A stretch of 63,596 nt of DNA, the filler included, from Basidiobolus ranarum (taxonomy: Eukaryota): assembly GCA_040143965.1 (NCBI GenBank). It is 50 parts of 50 records of this genome, joined end to end, with 100 filler letters (N's around TTAATTAATTAA, not from the genome) between each part and the next. Parts side by side here need not be neighbours in the genome. Positions count along the whole stretch, not along the records: positions 11,515 to 12,692 come from JASJQH010006122.1; positions 12,793 to 13,970 come from JASJQH010006123.1; positions 14,071 to 15,248 come from JASJQH010006124.1; positions 15,349 to 16,525 come from JASJQH010006125.1; positions 16,626 to 17,802 come from JASJQH010006126.1; positions 17,903 to 19,079 come from JASJQH010006127.1; positions 19,180 to 20,355 come from JASJQH010006128.1; positions 20,456 to 21,631 come from JASJQH010006129.1; 42 more parts are not named here. One strand, 5' to 3'. Made by a program: the position numbers and the translations under genes. The notes beneath the pieces are model-generated. The model searched no databases, was not told the origin of the DNA, and saw only the letters and a list, made by a program, of their open reading frames with translations. Numbering within the stretch: the first letter of the stretch is position 1; the number at the start of each line of letters is the position of its first letter. This document shows, piece by piece, positions 11,687 to 23,007 of this stretch.

Positions 11687-12692
11687 CACATAAAAAAGTC
11701 ATGAACCTTCAGAGTAATACCTAGTTGTTAGTTTTTCCATGATTGGCTCAAATCCAGGTGATTTTGGGCAAGATTCCACACAGTTTCCAAAATATTAAAC
11801 CACTCATCATCAGAGTAAGTGATAGCAGCTCTGACATTTAGAGTCTTTTTGTTTACCAGTTTTCCAATGAATTATCAACTTTCATGTGCCCAAGCAATTT
11901 TGGGACACCGTGTAGGCTTAATGGTCCAACACATATTCTCCTCTGCTAGATGGTCCCGGTGACAATCATATGTATGGTGTGGGATTGATTCAAGTCCTAT
12001 ATGAGAAGGGATGGAGGGAGGAGCATGTTGCTGTAGCTCAAGTACAGCATTCTGAAGGTCTTGTATCATTGTTGAGTGACTCTGTAACTGTGCACTTGCT
12101 GCTTCTGAATGCTGCATTAATTGCAATATAGCGGCATTATTACTTGTCAAGGCCTATATAGCCACGTTCTAGTTTTTACCTATGCCTGCATACAAATCAT
12201 TATGGTGTTCTGCCTGCAATTGCCTTGTTGTAATAATTCTATGCAAATTTTCTACAGAGAGTTGTTCAATAGTGAGCAAAGAAGTCATTTTTGAAGTTGA
12301 TAGTCTTGATGATGTTTTGGTTGAACTTTCCTCAACTATTGATTTACTTTGTAATTAAGGGATTACAATCTCTTCACTTGCACTATTGGTGCAAAGGAAT
12401 GCATCTGGTAAAATGATTAATGCTTCATCATTACTTGAGTTAGTTTCTGGAATGTTAATGCCTTCCATAGTAGATAGTAAATTGCCAGACTGTTTATCAA
12501 TAAAGCTCTCTATTCTTGCTGGTTTTTTTCCTTTTGTTTCAGCAGGCTATTACCGGAATTAGCATGTAAATCCCCTGATGACTCGTCTGAGACACCATCT
12601 CAGAATCAGCTGATCATATTGATGGGCTATACCTAAAATGCCACCCTTACATAGGAGATGTTCTTTTTTCTACAATATCCTTCTCATGCCTC
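11687..12692 (-). mobile_element. CACTA ORF2 fragment followed by part of the divergent spacer and the transposase ATG (~12686, + strand)
   Basis: Homologous to 1281-2450; 12550-12692 matches the spacer at 49035-49175. Confidence 0.85.
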
Positions 12693-12792
12693 NNNNNNNN
12701 NNNNNNNNNNNNNNNNNNNNNNNNNNNNNNNNNNNNTTAATTAATTAANNNNNNNNNNNNNNNNNNNNNNNNNNNNNNNNNNNNNNNNNNNN

Positions 12793-12902
12793 AAGCCCAC
12801 TTTCTGGTTGTCTTTTCGGTTCACTTTCTTTATTTCACTTAGTAAGTTTTAGGGACCTTAATTGGGGGTTCTGGGCTGTTTCCCTTTTGACCTTGAATCT
12901 TA
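12793..12902 (-). rRNA. rnl: Mitochondrial-type LSU rRNA (rnl) fragment, probable NUMT
   Basis: GTCAAAAGGGAAACAGCCCAGAAC...TAAGGTCCCTAAA...TAAGTGAAA...GACAACCAGAAAGTGGGCTT follows the conserved 23S-like domain II segment preceding the GTPase-associated centre. Confidence 0.8.
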
Positions 12903-13754
12903 GATATGGTGCCAGATACACTATGTACCTTTGATCAGATGAGATTCCAGGCCGATTTCCTCACGTTATATTGGTTATTGCGCCGCTAAACTTTCAGTTG
13001 TCCATCGTCCTTGGATCCATTTGGTAGCTACATGGTATCTTTGACTTATGCCACAGTGTTCAAATTGGTAGTTGTGTGAAGCTCGCCTGTAGAGACCACA
13101 GATATATTGCTCGAAAAGAAATACGCTACCCAAGTGATGAAGTGATATGTTTACCATGTGTTACTAGAATCCATAGCGATTGTCAATCATACTACTCGAT
13201 TCCAGTTTTATCAATGTTTCTGCAGTAATCGTTAAGCTTCAAATATTTTGAAGCAATTTACCGTTATAGTCTATATCCCAATGATAGGGGTATTTACTGG
13301 TCCTCAACTGAAACACATTCATTAAAAATCTTGCCTGTTCCAAAAGTAACAGAGCCTTAGATTACTCTGCACGGATTGTTGCCAATTTAGCATTGTTCAA
13401 GTAAATAACATAGTCATTTGATGTGCTTCTATCTTGGGAATACTGACAGGAGAGTTGTTTCAAACTTATTTACAGTTCTCCATACAACGATATTTAGGAA
13501 CCAACTTCAATTTTATTCTTTGACTGTTAAATTGAAGTCCAGAATCTTATTATTAGTCCTTTTTTTTACCTTCAGCTCGTTAACGACTCTTCCAAGCATT
13601 GTGCTTCAACTAATCAATTACTTTTCACCTATCACCAACTACTTGGAGATAGATTGGTACGTAGACAACTACTACAATCAAGCTTTAGAAAAAGTGAAGG
13701 TTTGTCAAAGAGTTCGCATGAAATTGGAGTATAATGACTTTCTGGGTATATTAC

Positions 13755-13970
13755 CGTGAACGTTAGCTTTGTCAATCTTGGAATCACGAAGGACCTTCTC
13801 AACAGGATCCATTGTAGAGCGGAATAAGTCCTGACAAAGCTCCTCGAATCTGGCACGAGTCAAGGAGGTGTAAAAGTCAACACCTTCGAATAGGGAATCA
13901 ATCTCGATAGAAGTTTGAGCGGCAGATGAGAGAGTTCTTTTGGCACGTTCGCAAGCAGTTCTGAGACGAC
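13755..13970 (-). pseudogene. HSP70: Cytosolic Hsp70 (SSA-type) fragment; homology stops after ...IDKANVH
   Basis: [71 protein letters not shown]; expected EIVLVGGSTRIP not found downstream. Confidence 0.85.
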
Positions 13971-14070
13971 NNNNNNNNNNNNNNNNNNNNNNNNNNNNNN
14001 NNNNNNNNNNNNNNTTAATTAATTAANNNNNNNNNNNNNNNNNNNNNNNNNNNNNNNNNNNNNNNNNNNN

Positions 14071-14772
14071 TAGTACCAGTTGTTGCATATATGAGACTTC
14101 CAACTGCACTACAGTAAGGAATATGTTTAATGATTTTGTTAAAGCATTTGGGAGCCTGTTGGAAGTGGTTTAGAGAATTAGAAGAATTGGTGGTTTTCAC
14201 TAATTGATTTATTGAGTAGAAAGTTAACATTTATAGCATTGTCAAGATGTAAACAGACTAATGTGTAGACTATGTTAAGGAAGGTCCCAGGAACATGTGT
14301 GCAAAGTTTGGGGCTTCTAGCACAAGTTTGAAATATATATATATATCTGAGAACTTCTAAGTTTGTAAAAATATTCTAAGTAAATTCAGATTGAGAATAA
14401 ATGATACTATCTTAGTGAGCCATAAGATAACTAGGTACTACGCTATATATGACTATATAGATGTTTAGGCAATGCTAATTTCAACAAATTTTAATATCTT
14501 GAGAGGTCTATGGTTCCATATCCTTAGTGAGTTTCAGCATATGTAGTGGATTTGAAGCTGCCTTACATTCTGACATATTAAATCTGTTTAAAACATCTCT
14601 AATATATTTTTCATGTATAACACAGAGTGTTCCGATAGTAAAATTTTGATGTATCTGCATTCCAAGACAATATGCTAGTGATCCAAGATCTTGCATTTCA
14701 AACTTAGTAGAGAGCCAAGTCTTAGTTTGTTTCATCAGATTTGAGCAATTACTAACTATTATGATATCAATA
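14071..14772 (-). mobile_element. Ty1/Copia RT fragment interrupted by a solo LTR
   Basis: DIIIVSNCSNLMKQTKTWLSTKFEMQDLG...PYCSAVGSLIY. Confidence 0.88.
14137..14486 (-). repeat. Solo LTR type 1, imperfect TSD GATTT/AATTT
   Basis: TG...CA ends; flanks rejoin to match the uninterrupted copy at 5121-5170. Confidence 0.9.
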
Positions 14773-15248
14773 CCCTAACAAAAATTTGAGGATTGTTATA
14801 GTAGGAAAACCATCACAATTTTAATCCGTTTGGGATTGACCATTTACTTACTGTCATATAATTGTCAAGTTAGATTTGAATTTAATCAATTTTTTCAGTT
14901 TCAGGAGTGAAATATCAAGATCTTGCAAAATAGTTGCACATGATTGGCTACAATCTCAGTGAACTATGGATCAACACATGTGCAAAAAACATAACTCAAA
15001 TTTTACACAATTACCACTTTAATGCTAATTTGTCACCTTCAAAATCCCTAGTCTCTTTGCTATATTCTCCTGAATATTTATATAGAGTTCTTCATACCCA
15101 AGGTTTAGCTTGTACCCAACACAAGTTTATATCAAAATCTCCATCAAAGCCCACCATTGTATTAACATTGCTGAATCAACATTCTTCCAGCTATCTGGTG
15201 GGTACCCTACAATATTGTGCCACTCTGTATTAAGTTCTTCCCAGATAT
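14773..15248 (+). mobile_element. CACTA left terminus plus probable ORF2 C-terminus (15248-15025, minus strand)
   Basis: ccctaacaaaaatttgagg; minus strand reads IWEELNTEWHNIVGYPPDSWKNVDSAMLIQWWALMEIL...KRLGILKVTN*, also present at 25559-25742. Confidence 0.82.
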
Positions 15249-15348
15249 NNNNNNNNNNNNNNNNNNNNNNNNNNNNNNNNNNNNNNNNNNNNTTAATTAA
15301 TTAANNNNNNNNNNNNNNNNNNNNNNNNNNNNNNNNNNNNNNNNNNNN

Positions 15349-16320
15349 TTCTCCATTCTGTCACTTCATCAGATTTCAGAGCTTGTGTCAAATTTTCTGG
15401 TTCAGAAAATACTACATGTGCAGCTATATTCCACCCTTTTTCTGAATTTAAACTGTTGATTTTATGCTCTGATTTGAGACATCCAAGGTCTTCAATAGAA
15501 TGGTCAGATGTTTCACTTACAGGATGTTTCTGATTTCCACTCAGTAGGATGTCTGAGACCTGATTGCCTGAATTTTGTGATTGATTGAGTACTTGTAATG
15601 ATTGATTGCATACTTCCAATAATTGATTGCATCCAAAATCAGCCAGATTGAGAGTAGGATACTTCTTAAGTATATGATTGGTCAGAAAATTTTTGCCCTG
15701 TTTCTGAGTCCAATTTCCTGATTCCTGATTGGCTAGAAAAATATCCTTTTTCAGATTACCATATTTTCATTGGCAGAGATAATATGCTGATTTCCAGAAG
15801 CTGGTTCCAAATTATCAGTATCCTCAAAGTAATTATCAGGTTTTCTGGTATAAATTGGTGCATTTCCAGTGTTGCCTAATGTTTCACTACTTGTATAGCT
15901 GCTTGATTCCAGAATATCATATAATAGTTTGTTCTCCTTGGTTTTAGTACTTGTAGTGAAGTTTGAGACAGGATTATTGCTTGTTGGTTTTCTGCTAGGA
16001 ATCTTCACCACAGGGATTGGTAATGATTTGAGCTTTGTCATATATTCATCAGTGGCTGATGTTTTAGATCTTGTCCCAGATATGATATTTTCTAAATTTG
16101 AATAATGTTAATAGATAGTTTCAGATTCCAAATCTGGCCTAATTCCAGTATCTATTTCCAATGTATCATTTTCCAAGTTGGTTTCAGTATTTGTTAGTGC
16201 AAGATAGGTTTCAGAACTTGCTAACTCAGAATTTGAGTTATTGAGAAATTGATTTTCAGCCAAAATCAAATTCCCTTGATTAGAAGATTTGAGATTTTCT
16301 TCAATGAATATAGTAACTCT
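15349..16320 (-). mobile_element. Ty1/Copia integrase-RT spacer region
   Basis: Runs from a VTIFIEE-like integrase end to EPENLTQALKSDEVTEWR (RT start motif EP...AL....W). Confidence 0.7.
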
Positions 16321-16525
16321 TGTTGAAGTTTATTGTCTTTATCATATTTGTTATCTCTATCTTTATACACCTAACTATTTCATATATCACATATAAGTTA
16401 GTTAACATTACTTGGTCAAATATCACTTAGCTGAAAATTGGAACATATATTATATATATATGTGAATTATGTGAGAATTAGCAATTACATATTGGAAATT
16501 TCAAACTTGTCCAAATTGCCCCAAA
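16321..16525 (+). repeat. LTR type 3 (Copia) 5' part
   Basis: Starts tgttgaagtttattgtc as at 18050 and 43057. Confidence 0.88.
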
Positions 16526-16625
16526 NNNNNNNNNNNNNNNNNNNNNNNNNNNNNNNNNNNNNNNNNNNNTTAATTAATTAANNNNNNNNNNNNNNNNNNN
16601 NNNNNNNNNNNNNNNNNNNNNNNNN

Positions 16626-16763
16626 ATCAATAAAGATTCTTGCCAAAGTATCTTCCTTGCCCAGTCTTGTCTTGTCTTGTCTTGTGGTCTACACCTAAGT
16701 ACTCTCCTGCCTTCTAGCCTCTTGTCGTTGTTCCCAGTCCTTGTCCAGTTCCTTATTGTGACA
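16626..16763 (+). repeat. LTR type 2 3' part
   Basis: Ends ttattgtgaca; (tcttg)n array as in 42281-42813. Confidence 0.85.
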
Positions 16764-17334
16764 TTTATTACACATCAAAATAATGTTAAAACTGCTTTCT
16801 TGAATGGTGGGCTTGCTGAGGAGATCTATATGCACAAGGCAGATGAATTTGTAGACCCAGAAATTCCTAATATAGCTTTCAGACTTCAGAATATATTCTA
16901 TGGCATTAAACAGTATCCAATAGCCTAGAATAGCAAGAAAGACACTTTTTTGAAAATACTCAATTTCAAATAGGTAATGGTTACTATATTATCTACTTCA
17001 GGTCTGATAAGACAAACTTAGTCTTATTTGCCATATATATAGATTACCTTATTATATCAATTAATGACTTGATAACTCCTGAGAAAACCAAACCCAGCTT
17101 ATCTGCCAAATTTAAAATGACTAATCATGGTGAACTGACATACTATCTTGGAATCCAAGTTAGATAGATAGACCTACCAAACAAATAACTTCAAACCAGT
17201 CTAAGTGTATCCTAGTTATACTAAATAAGATTAAAATACAAAAATAAAATGTGGTATTTATCAAAATGGAGACAAATCTTAACTTGACCAAAAATGGCCA
17301 GAAATTTCCTTATCAATTTATGGTTGGTAGTTTG
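16764..17334 (+). mobile_element. Ty1/Copia RT fragment, heavily decayed
   Basis: [30 protein letters not shown]. Confidence 0.85.
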
Positions 17335-17802
17335 TGTTAAAATTAGCATTGCCTAAACACCTTTATAGTCACATATAGCTTAGTATGTGGTTATCTTATA
17401 ATTTACTAAGATATAATCCATTATTCATAATCAGAATTTTCTTAGAATATTTTTACCAACTTCGAAGTTCTCAGATATATATATTTTCCAAACTTTGGCT
17501 AGAAGCCCCAAACTCTGCTTTCATGTTCCTGGAATTTTCCTCAACACATTCTACATGTTAGCTTGTTTACATCTTGACAAAACTACAAATGTCAACTTTC
17601 TATTCAATAAATCAATAAGTCCAAACCACAAATCACTCTAATTCTCCAAACCACTTCCAGCAGGCTCCCAAATACTCTAATAGGTTATGAGCCCAAAGCT
17701 TGCACTCTCTGTAATGTCCACTTATCAAATTTATTCAACTTTGCCCTCTTCTGAAAAATTGGATGGAACCAATTATCAAGTTTGGAAAATCAAAATGAAA
17801 AT
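17335..17802 (+). mobile_element. Copia 5' end: LTR type 1 (17335-17682), PBS GGTTATGAGCCC, gag start
   Basis: PBS directly after LTR; EKLDGTNYQVWKIKMK gag N-terminal motif. Confidence 0.9.
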
Positions 17803-17902
17803 NNNNNNNNNNNNNNNNNNNNNNNNNNNNNNNNNNNNNNNNNNNNTTAATTAATTAANNNNNNNNNNNNNNNNNNNNNNNNNNNNNNNNNNNNNNNNNN
17901 NN

Positions 17903-18049
17903 AATGTGCTTACTTCTAGCATGAAATTTGGGATTTTTAGCTAAAGAAATACAACTTTGATTATCCTTAAAAATTATGGTGGGTGAACTTTGAAAAATGC
18001 CCAAATCTTTGAACAGTTTCCTTAACCACATAGCCTCCTTTGTTGTATG
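17903..18049 (-). mobile_element. Copia RNase H fragment
   Basis: KEAMWLRKLFKDLG...KNPKFHARSKH, near-identical to 9010-9155. Confidence 0.88.
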
Positions 18050-18428
18050 TGTTGAAGTTTATTGTCTTTATCATATTTGTTATCTCTATCTTTATACACC
18101 TAACTATTTCATATATCACATATAAGTTAGTTGACATTACTTAGTCAAATATCACTCAGCTGAAAATTGGAACATATATTATATACATATGTGAATAATG
18201 TGACAATTAGCAATTCCATATTGGAAATTTCAAACTTGTCAAAATTGCCCCAAAAATAGCTCATTTTACTCCCACAGATGTTCTGAACAAAACCCCAGTG
18301 TTAGTTTTTTGCATTTCCACCAAAAAGTATTAATGCTTTATTTCTGGACAATAAACAATTATCTCACAAAAGCTATTCACAACTCCACTTTTCTAAAGTT
18401 TCTCCAAACAGCCCATATTTTCCCAATA
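18050..18428 (+). repeat. Complete LTR type 3 (379 bp, TG...TA) with unrelated flanks
   Basis: Copia RNase H on the left, CACTA transposase on the right; no TSD. Confidence 0.85.
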
Positions 18429-18429
18429 A

Positions 18430-19079
18430 TGCAAGGGCCTATAGTCTCTAAGCATTGTGAAATATGCAGCAGGGAATGTATTGGATACTGGTATAGATTC
18501 AGTCTATCTTCTTTCAACCTGTAATAAAGTTTTTCATACTTCCAGTCTTTGCATTTAAATAAACACCTGGATGAGTGAATATTAATGGGAGTCCTGATAA
18601 AATATGATGGTATCTTGTTGTTTTCAAGCATTTTCCTGATCAATTCAAACTTTGATCCTATCTTGAATGGCTCATTCATATTGAATTTTTCACTATATAG
18701 CTGAGTAAGTATTATTGGAATGTTGTTGAATAGTAAGTGCATGATGCATAATGGGAAGCTCTGGCTCCAGCTGATCCCCTTTAGCAATATAAAATCAGGC
18801 TTACAGCTAATACCAAGTTTGATGTTAGACTAACTATTTGGTGAATTGATATCAGTGATCATGTTGAAATCTGACTGGGCTCTTCATGGTAAAATCATGA
18901 AGTTTAGTGTTGTATTTGGATAGTAGTAATGCATATGCCTGTTAGAGTAAACTCCATTGATTTGACAAAATCTACAGCAAGATAGTGCATTGCGCCTGCA
19001 AAAACCTCCAAGCTAACTTATGCCACGAGTGGCACCAATACATACAATGATATTAGCTTTAATAAACTATTCACCCAAC
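18430..19079 (-). mobile_element. CACTA transposase fragment with internal deletion
   Basis: MHLLFNN...FKCKDWKY joined directly to EKLYYRLKEDRL. Confidence 0.88.
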
Positions 19080-19179
19080 NNNNNNNNNNNNNNNNNNNNN
19101 NNNNNNNNNNNNNNNNNNNNNNNTTAATTAATTAANNNNNNNNNNNNNNNNNNNNNNNNNNNNNNNNNNNNNNNNNNNN

Positions 19180-20355
19180 TCAATGTGTAAAGTTCCAGGC
19201 TTTGACAGATTTGGAAGGAAACATCATTTGGTTTAATGGGCCACATCCAGGGAGACACCATGACAAAAGGCTTTGGGTTGGGAGGCATGCACCATTTGTA
19301 TGATATGAGAAGACCACGACTGATTTGTCATATGTTGAGGAAGAATGCAGAAGGCTAGGATGTGCCAAAGCTACAAAGAGGCCCAAAAGAGGGATACTCA
19401 TAGTGAGGCAAAAGTTTCATAATGACATTTTTTCCATTTCATAGCAACAGTAGAACATAGCTTTGGTTTCCTAAAGAGATATAGCATTGTTGCAGGAAGG
19501 TATAGAGGAAAATAGACTTGTTCCATTGGACCAGGTCAGATTGTGCTGCTCAATCTAGCCTGCTAGTACACCATATGGTGCAATCTGTCAATTACCATAG
19601 CTGAGTCCTATAATGCTTGATTGGACACTAAAAGGAACAATAGCACACTATCCCACCACAATCAGACACAATAATTTTTTTGGAGATATTGTGCCAGCCT
19701 GTCCCAAGCTACACAATTTAGTATTGCCAAATTAAGATCTTGGGTAACTGACAAAGCAAGTTCATCCCCTAGTTTGTAACTTACATATTACTGAATGTGT
19801 AACAATAAGCAATTGATACAGTGACTTACCCACTCAAATGTATAACCAAGACATTGACATGCTTTAGGCCAATCATTTGTCCCTCACTAATACAATATCC
19901 CGCTTTTTAATTGGGCCCAATGGCTCCAGCATTACAAAACACCACCATTTTGGCACACCAGTGACAAATCACAGCACTCAATGCTGGATGAATATGCAGT
20001 ATGATAGTAGTGATAAGGATCACTTGATTCATCTTTTTTAGATCAGCAAATTATTCATTCAATTATGTAAGTTTCTAATTAGGTGAGAATGTGAACAGAT
20101 TGAACCATATTGAGCCAATACAGCTGCACAAGCTTTTTATTGACCGAAGTTTTTCATTTCATTGTAGTGCAATTGCTTGTATTAATAGGTTAACAATGAT
20201 TATTTTGATATATGACAATTTCACACTATCAGTGTTTCATAAAGACATAAGCAATTGAGATCCAACTTAAGCTATCTATGCTCTATTTAATTGCAATATA
20301 TATTGATTTCACATGATGTGCTAAACAGTGAAGATAGGATAATGTAAGTATTAAC
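19180..20355 (+). mobile_element. PIF/Harbinger/ISL2EU-like DDE_Tnp_4 transposase C-terminus plus ~840 bp of conserved downstream sequence
   Basis: QCVKFQALTDLEGNIIWFNGPHPG..HD...TVEHSFGFLKRY; downstream part recurs inverted at 29490-30325. Confidence 0.82.
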
Positions 20356-20455
20356 NNNNNNNNNNNNNNNNNNNNNNNNNNNNNNNNNNNNNNNNNNNNT
20401 TAATTAATTAANNNNNNNNNNNNNNNNNNNNNNNNNNNNNNNNNNNNNNNNNNNN

Positions 20456-21631
20456 ATTAGAAGATTCAGGAAGAGCCCTAAACTAGCCCAATTGCCATAA
20501 GCTTGCAAAAACCAGGGATAAACAACATCAAATAAGTCAAGAACTTTCAGATAAACACATGATTTTTGGTTTTTCTTAAATATTCTCAAATCAAGGTGAT
20601 AATGGGCAAGATTTCGCCCAGTTTCAAAAATGATTAACCACCCATCATCAGAGTAAGTGACAGCAGCTCTGACATTCAGAGTCTTTTGGTTTGCTGGTTT
20701 TTCTATGAGATATCTATTTTCTTGTGCCCAAGCAATTTTGGGTCATTGTGCAGGCATAATGGTCTAACACATATTCTGCACTGCTAGATTGTCATGGTGA
20801 CCTTTGTATGTATGGTGCGGGATTGATGGAAATCCCATATAAGAATGAACGGTGGGAGCAGCATGTTGCTTTAGCTCAAGAACAGCATTCTGAGGGTCTT
20901 GTATCATTGTTGACTGACTCTCTAACTGTTGACTAGTTGCTTCCAAACACTGCATTAATTGCAATATTGCAGCATTATTACTTGTCATGTCCTGTGTAGT
21001 AACTTTGTAATTTTTACTTATGATTGCATACATATCATTATGGTGTTCTGCCTGCAATTCCCTTGTTGGAATAAATCTATCCAAGTTTTATATGCAGGCT
21101 TGTTCAATAGTGGGCAATGTTGCCAGTTTGGAAGTTGATGGTCTTTATGGTGTTTTAGTTGAACTTTGCTCAACTATTGATTTACTACATAATTGGGGGA
21201 TTACAATCTCTTCACTTGCACTGTTGTTGGAAAGGAACACATATGGTAAATTGATTAATGCTTCTTCATTGCTTGAGTTATTTTTGAGCATGTTAATGCC
21301 TTCCAAAGTGGATAGTGGATTGCTAGACTGCTCATCAATTAAGTCATATGTTTTTGTTGGTTTTTTTCCTTCTGTGCCATCAGGCTTTGGCTTGGAAGCC
21401 AATTCTGATTTTGATTTTGAACTCTGTTTGAAAGGCATTGAAATTTTCAGATGGTAAACTTGGTGTAATGAAGTTGCTTAGAAACAGCTTATAATAAACC
21501 TAAATTGCCATCCATTACCAGAAATATCTTGTAAATCCCCTGATGACTCATCTGTGACACCGTCTCAGAATCAGCTGATGATATTGATGGGCTATACCTA
21601 AAATACCACCCTTACGTGGGAGGTGTTCTTT
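20456..21631 (-). mobile_element. CACTA ORF2 5' half (ATG at 21438) plus divergent spacer
   Basis: MPFKQSSKSKSELASKPKP...; spacer matches 48957-49167. Confidence 0.85.
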
Positions 21632-21731
21632 NNNNNNNNNNNNNNNNNNNNNNNNNNNNNNNNNNNNNNNNNNNNTTAATTAATTAANNNNNNNNNNNNN
21701 NNNNNNNNNNNNNNNNNNNNNNNNNNNNNNN

Positions 21732-21973
21732 CAAGATGTAAGGAAACTAACATGTAGGATGTGTTAAAGAAGGTCCCAGAAGCATGTGTGCAAAGTTTGA
21801 GGCTTCTAGCGCAAGTTTGAAAAATCTATATATCTGAGAACTCCTAAGTTAGTAAAAATATTGTAAGTAAATTCCAATTCAGAATAATGGAAAATATCTT
21901 AGTGAAATATAAGATAACTAATTACTAAGCTATACATGACTATGTAGATGTTTAGGCAATGCTAATTTCAACA
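21732..21973 (-). repeat. LTR type 1 partial
   Basis: Ends gctaatttcaaca; back-to-back with an oppositely oriented copy. Confidence 0.88.
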
Positions 21974-21976
21974 AAA

Positions 21977-22580
21977 TATAGCTTAGTACTTAGCTATCTT
22001 ATAATTCACTAAGATATTATCCATTATTATCAATTGGAATCTACATAGATTATTTTTACAAACTTAGAAGTTCTCAGATATATAGTTCTCTCAAACATGT
22101 GCTAGAAGCCCCAAACTTTGAACACATGTTCCTGGGATCTTCCTTAACACATTCTACACATTAGTTTGCTTATATCTTGACAGAACCATCAATGTCAACT
22201 TTCTATGCAATAGATCCACAAGTGAAAACCGCCAATTTCTCTAATTATCCAAACCACTTCCAACTGGCTCACATATACTTTAACAGGTCATGAGCCCCCA
22301 ACCTGCACTCTTGGTAATGTTTACTTCTCAAATTTATGGAACTTTTCCCTCCTCAGAAAAATTGAATGGAACCAATTATGAAGTTTGCAAAATTAAAATG
22401 ACCATGCTGCTGCAAGAAAAAGGACTTTGGGACACTGTTGAAGGACAAATAAACAATACACAACTATCTGAAACCAAAGTTTACTCCAGATTAAAAAATA
22501 TAAAAGTGCCTTCAGCACAATTTGTGCTAACATTGAAGACACATTGCTAATTCAATGTTCAACAGCTAAAACTGTGAAGG
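21977..22580 (+). mobile_element. Copia 5' end: LTR type 1 (to 22285), PBS GGTCATGAGCCC, gag start
   Basis: EKLNGTNYEVCKIKMTMLLQEKGLWDTV. Confidence 0.88.
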
Positions 22581-22907
22581 TGTCACAATAAGGAACTGGA
22601 CAAGGACTGGAAACAACAACAAGAGGCTAGAAGGCTGGAGGATACTTGGGTGTAGACCACAAGACATGACAAGACAATACTGGACCAGGAAGATACTGTT
22701 AAAGTATTTGGGAGCCTGTTGGAAGTGGTTTGGAGAATTAGAGGAATTGCTGGTTCTCACTTATTGATATATTGACTGGAAAGTTGACATTTATAGTTTG
22801 GTCAAGATGTAAGCAAGCTAACAAGTCGAATATGTTAAGGAAGGTCCCAGGAACATGTGTGCAAAGTTTGGGGCTTCTAGCACAAGTTAGAAAAATCTAT
22901 ATATCTG
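22581..22907 (-). repeat. LTR type 2 end (22581-22696) interrupted by LTR type 1 (22697-22907)
   Basis: tgtcacaataaggaac... followed by tgttaaagtatttggg... Confidence 0.88.
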
Positions 22908-23007
22908 NNNNNNNNNNNNNNNNNNNNNNNNNNNNNNNNNNNNNNNNNNNNTTAATTAATTAANNNNNNNNNNNNNNNNNNNNNNNNNNNNNNNNNNNNN
23001 NNNNNNN

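Noticed and set aside
12793-12902. Bacterial endosymbiont 23S rRNA
   Set aside because: An AT-rich short fragment with an ACAACCAG..GTGGGCTT signature, joined to eukaryotic DNA, fits a mitochondrial origin better; not fully excluded without a search.
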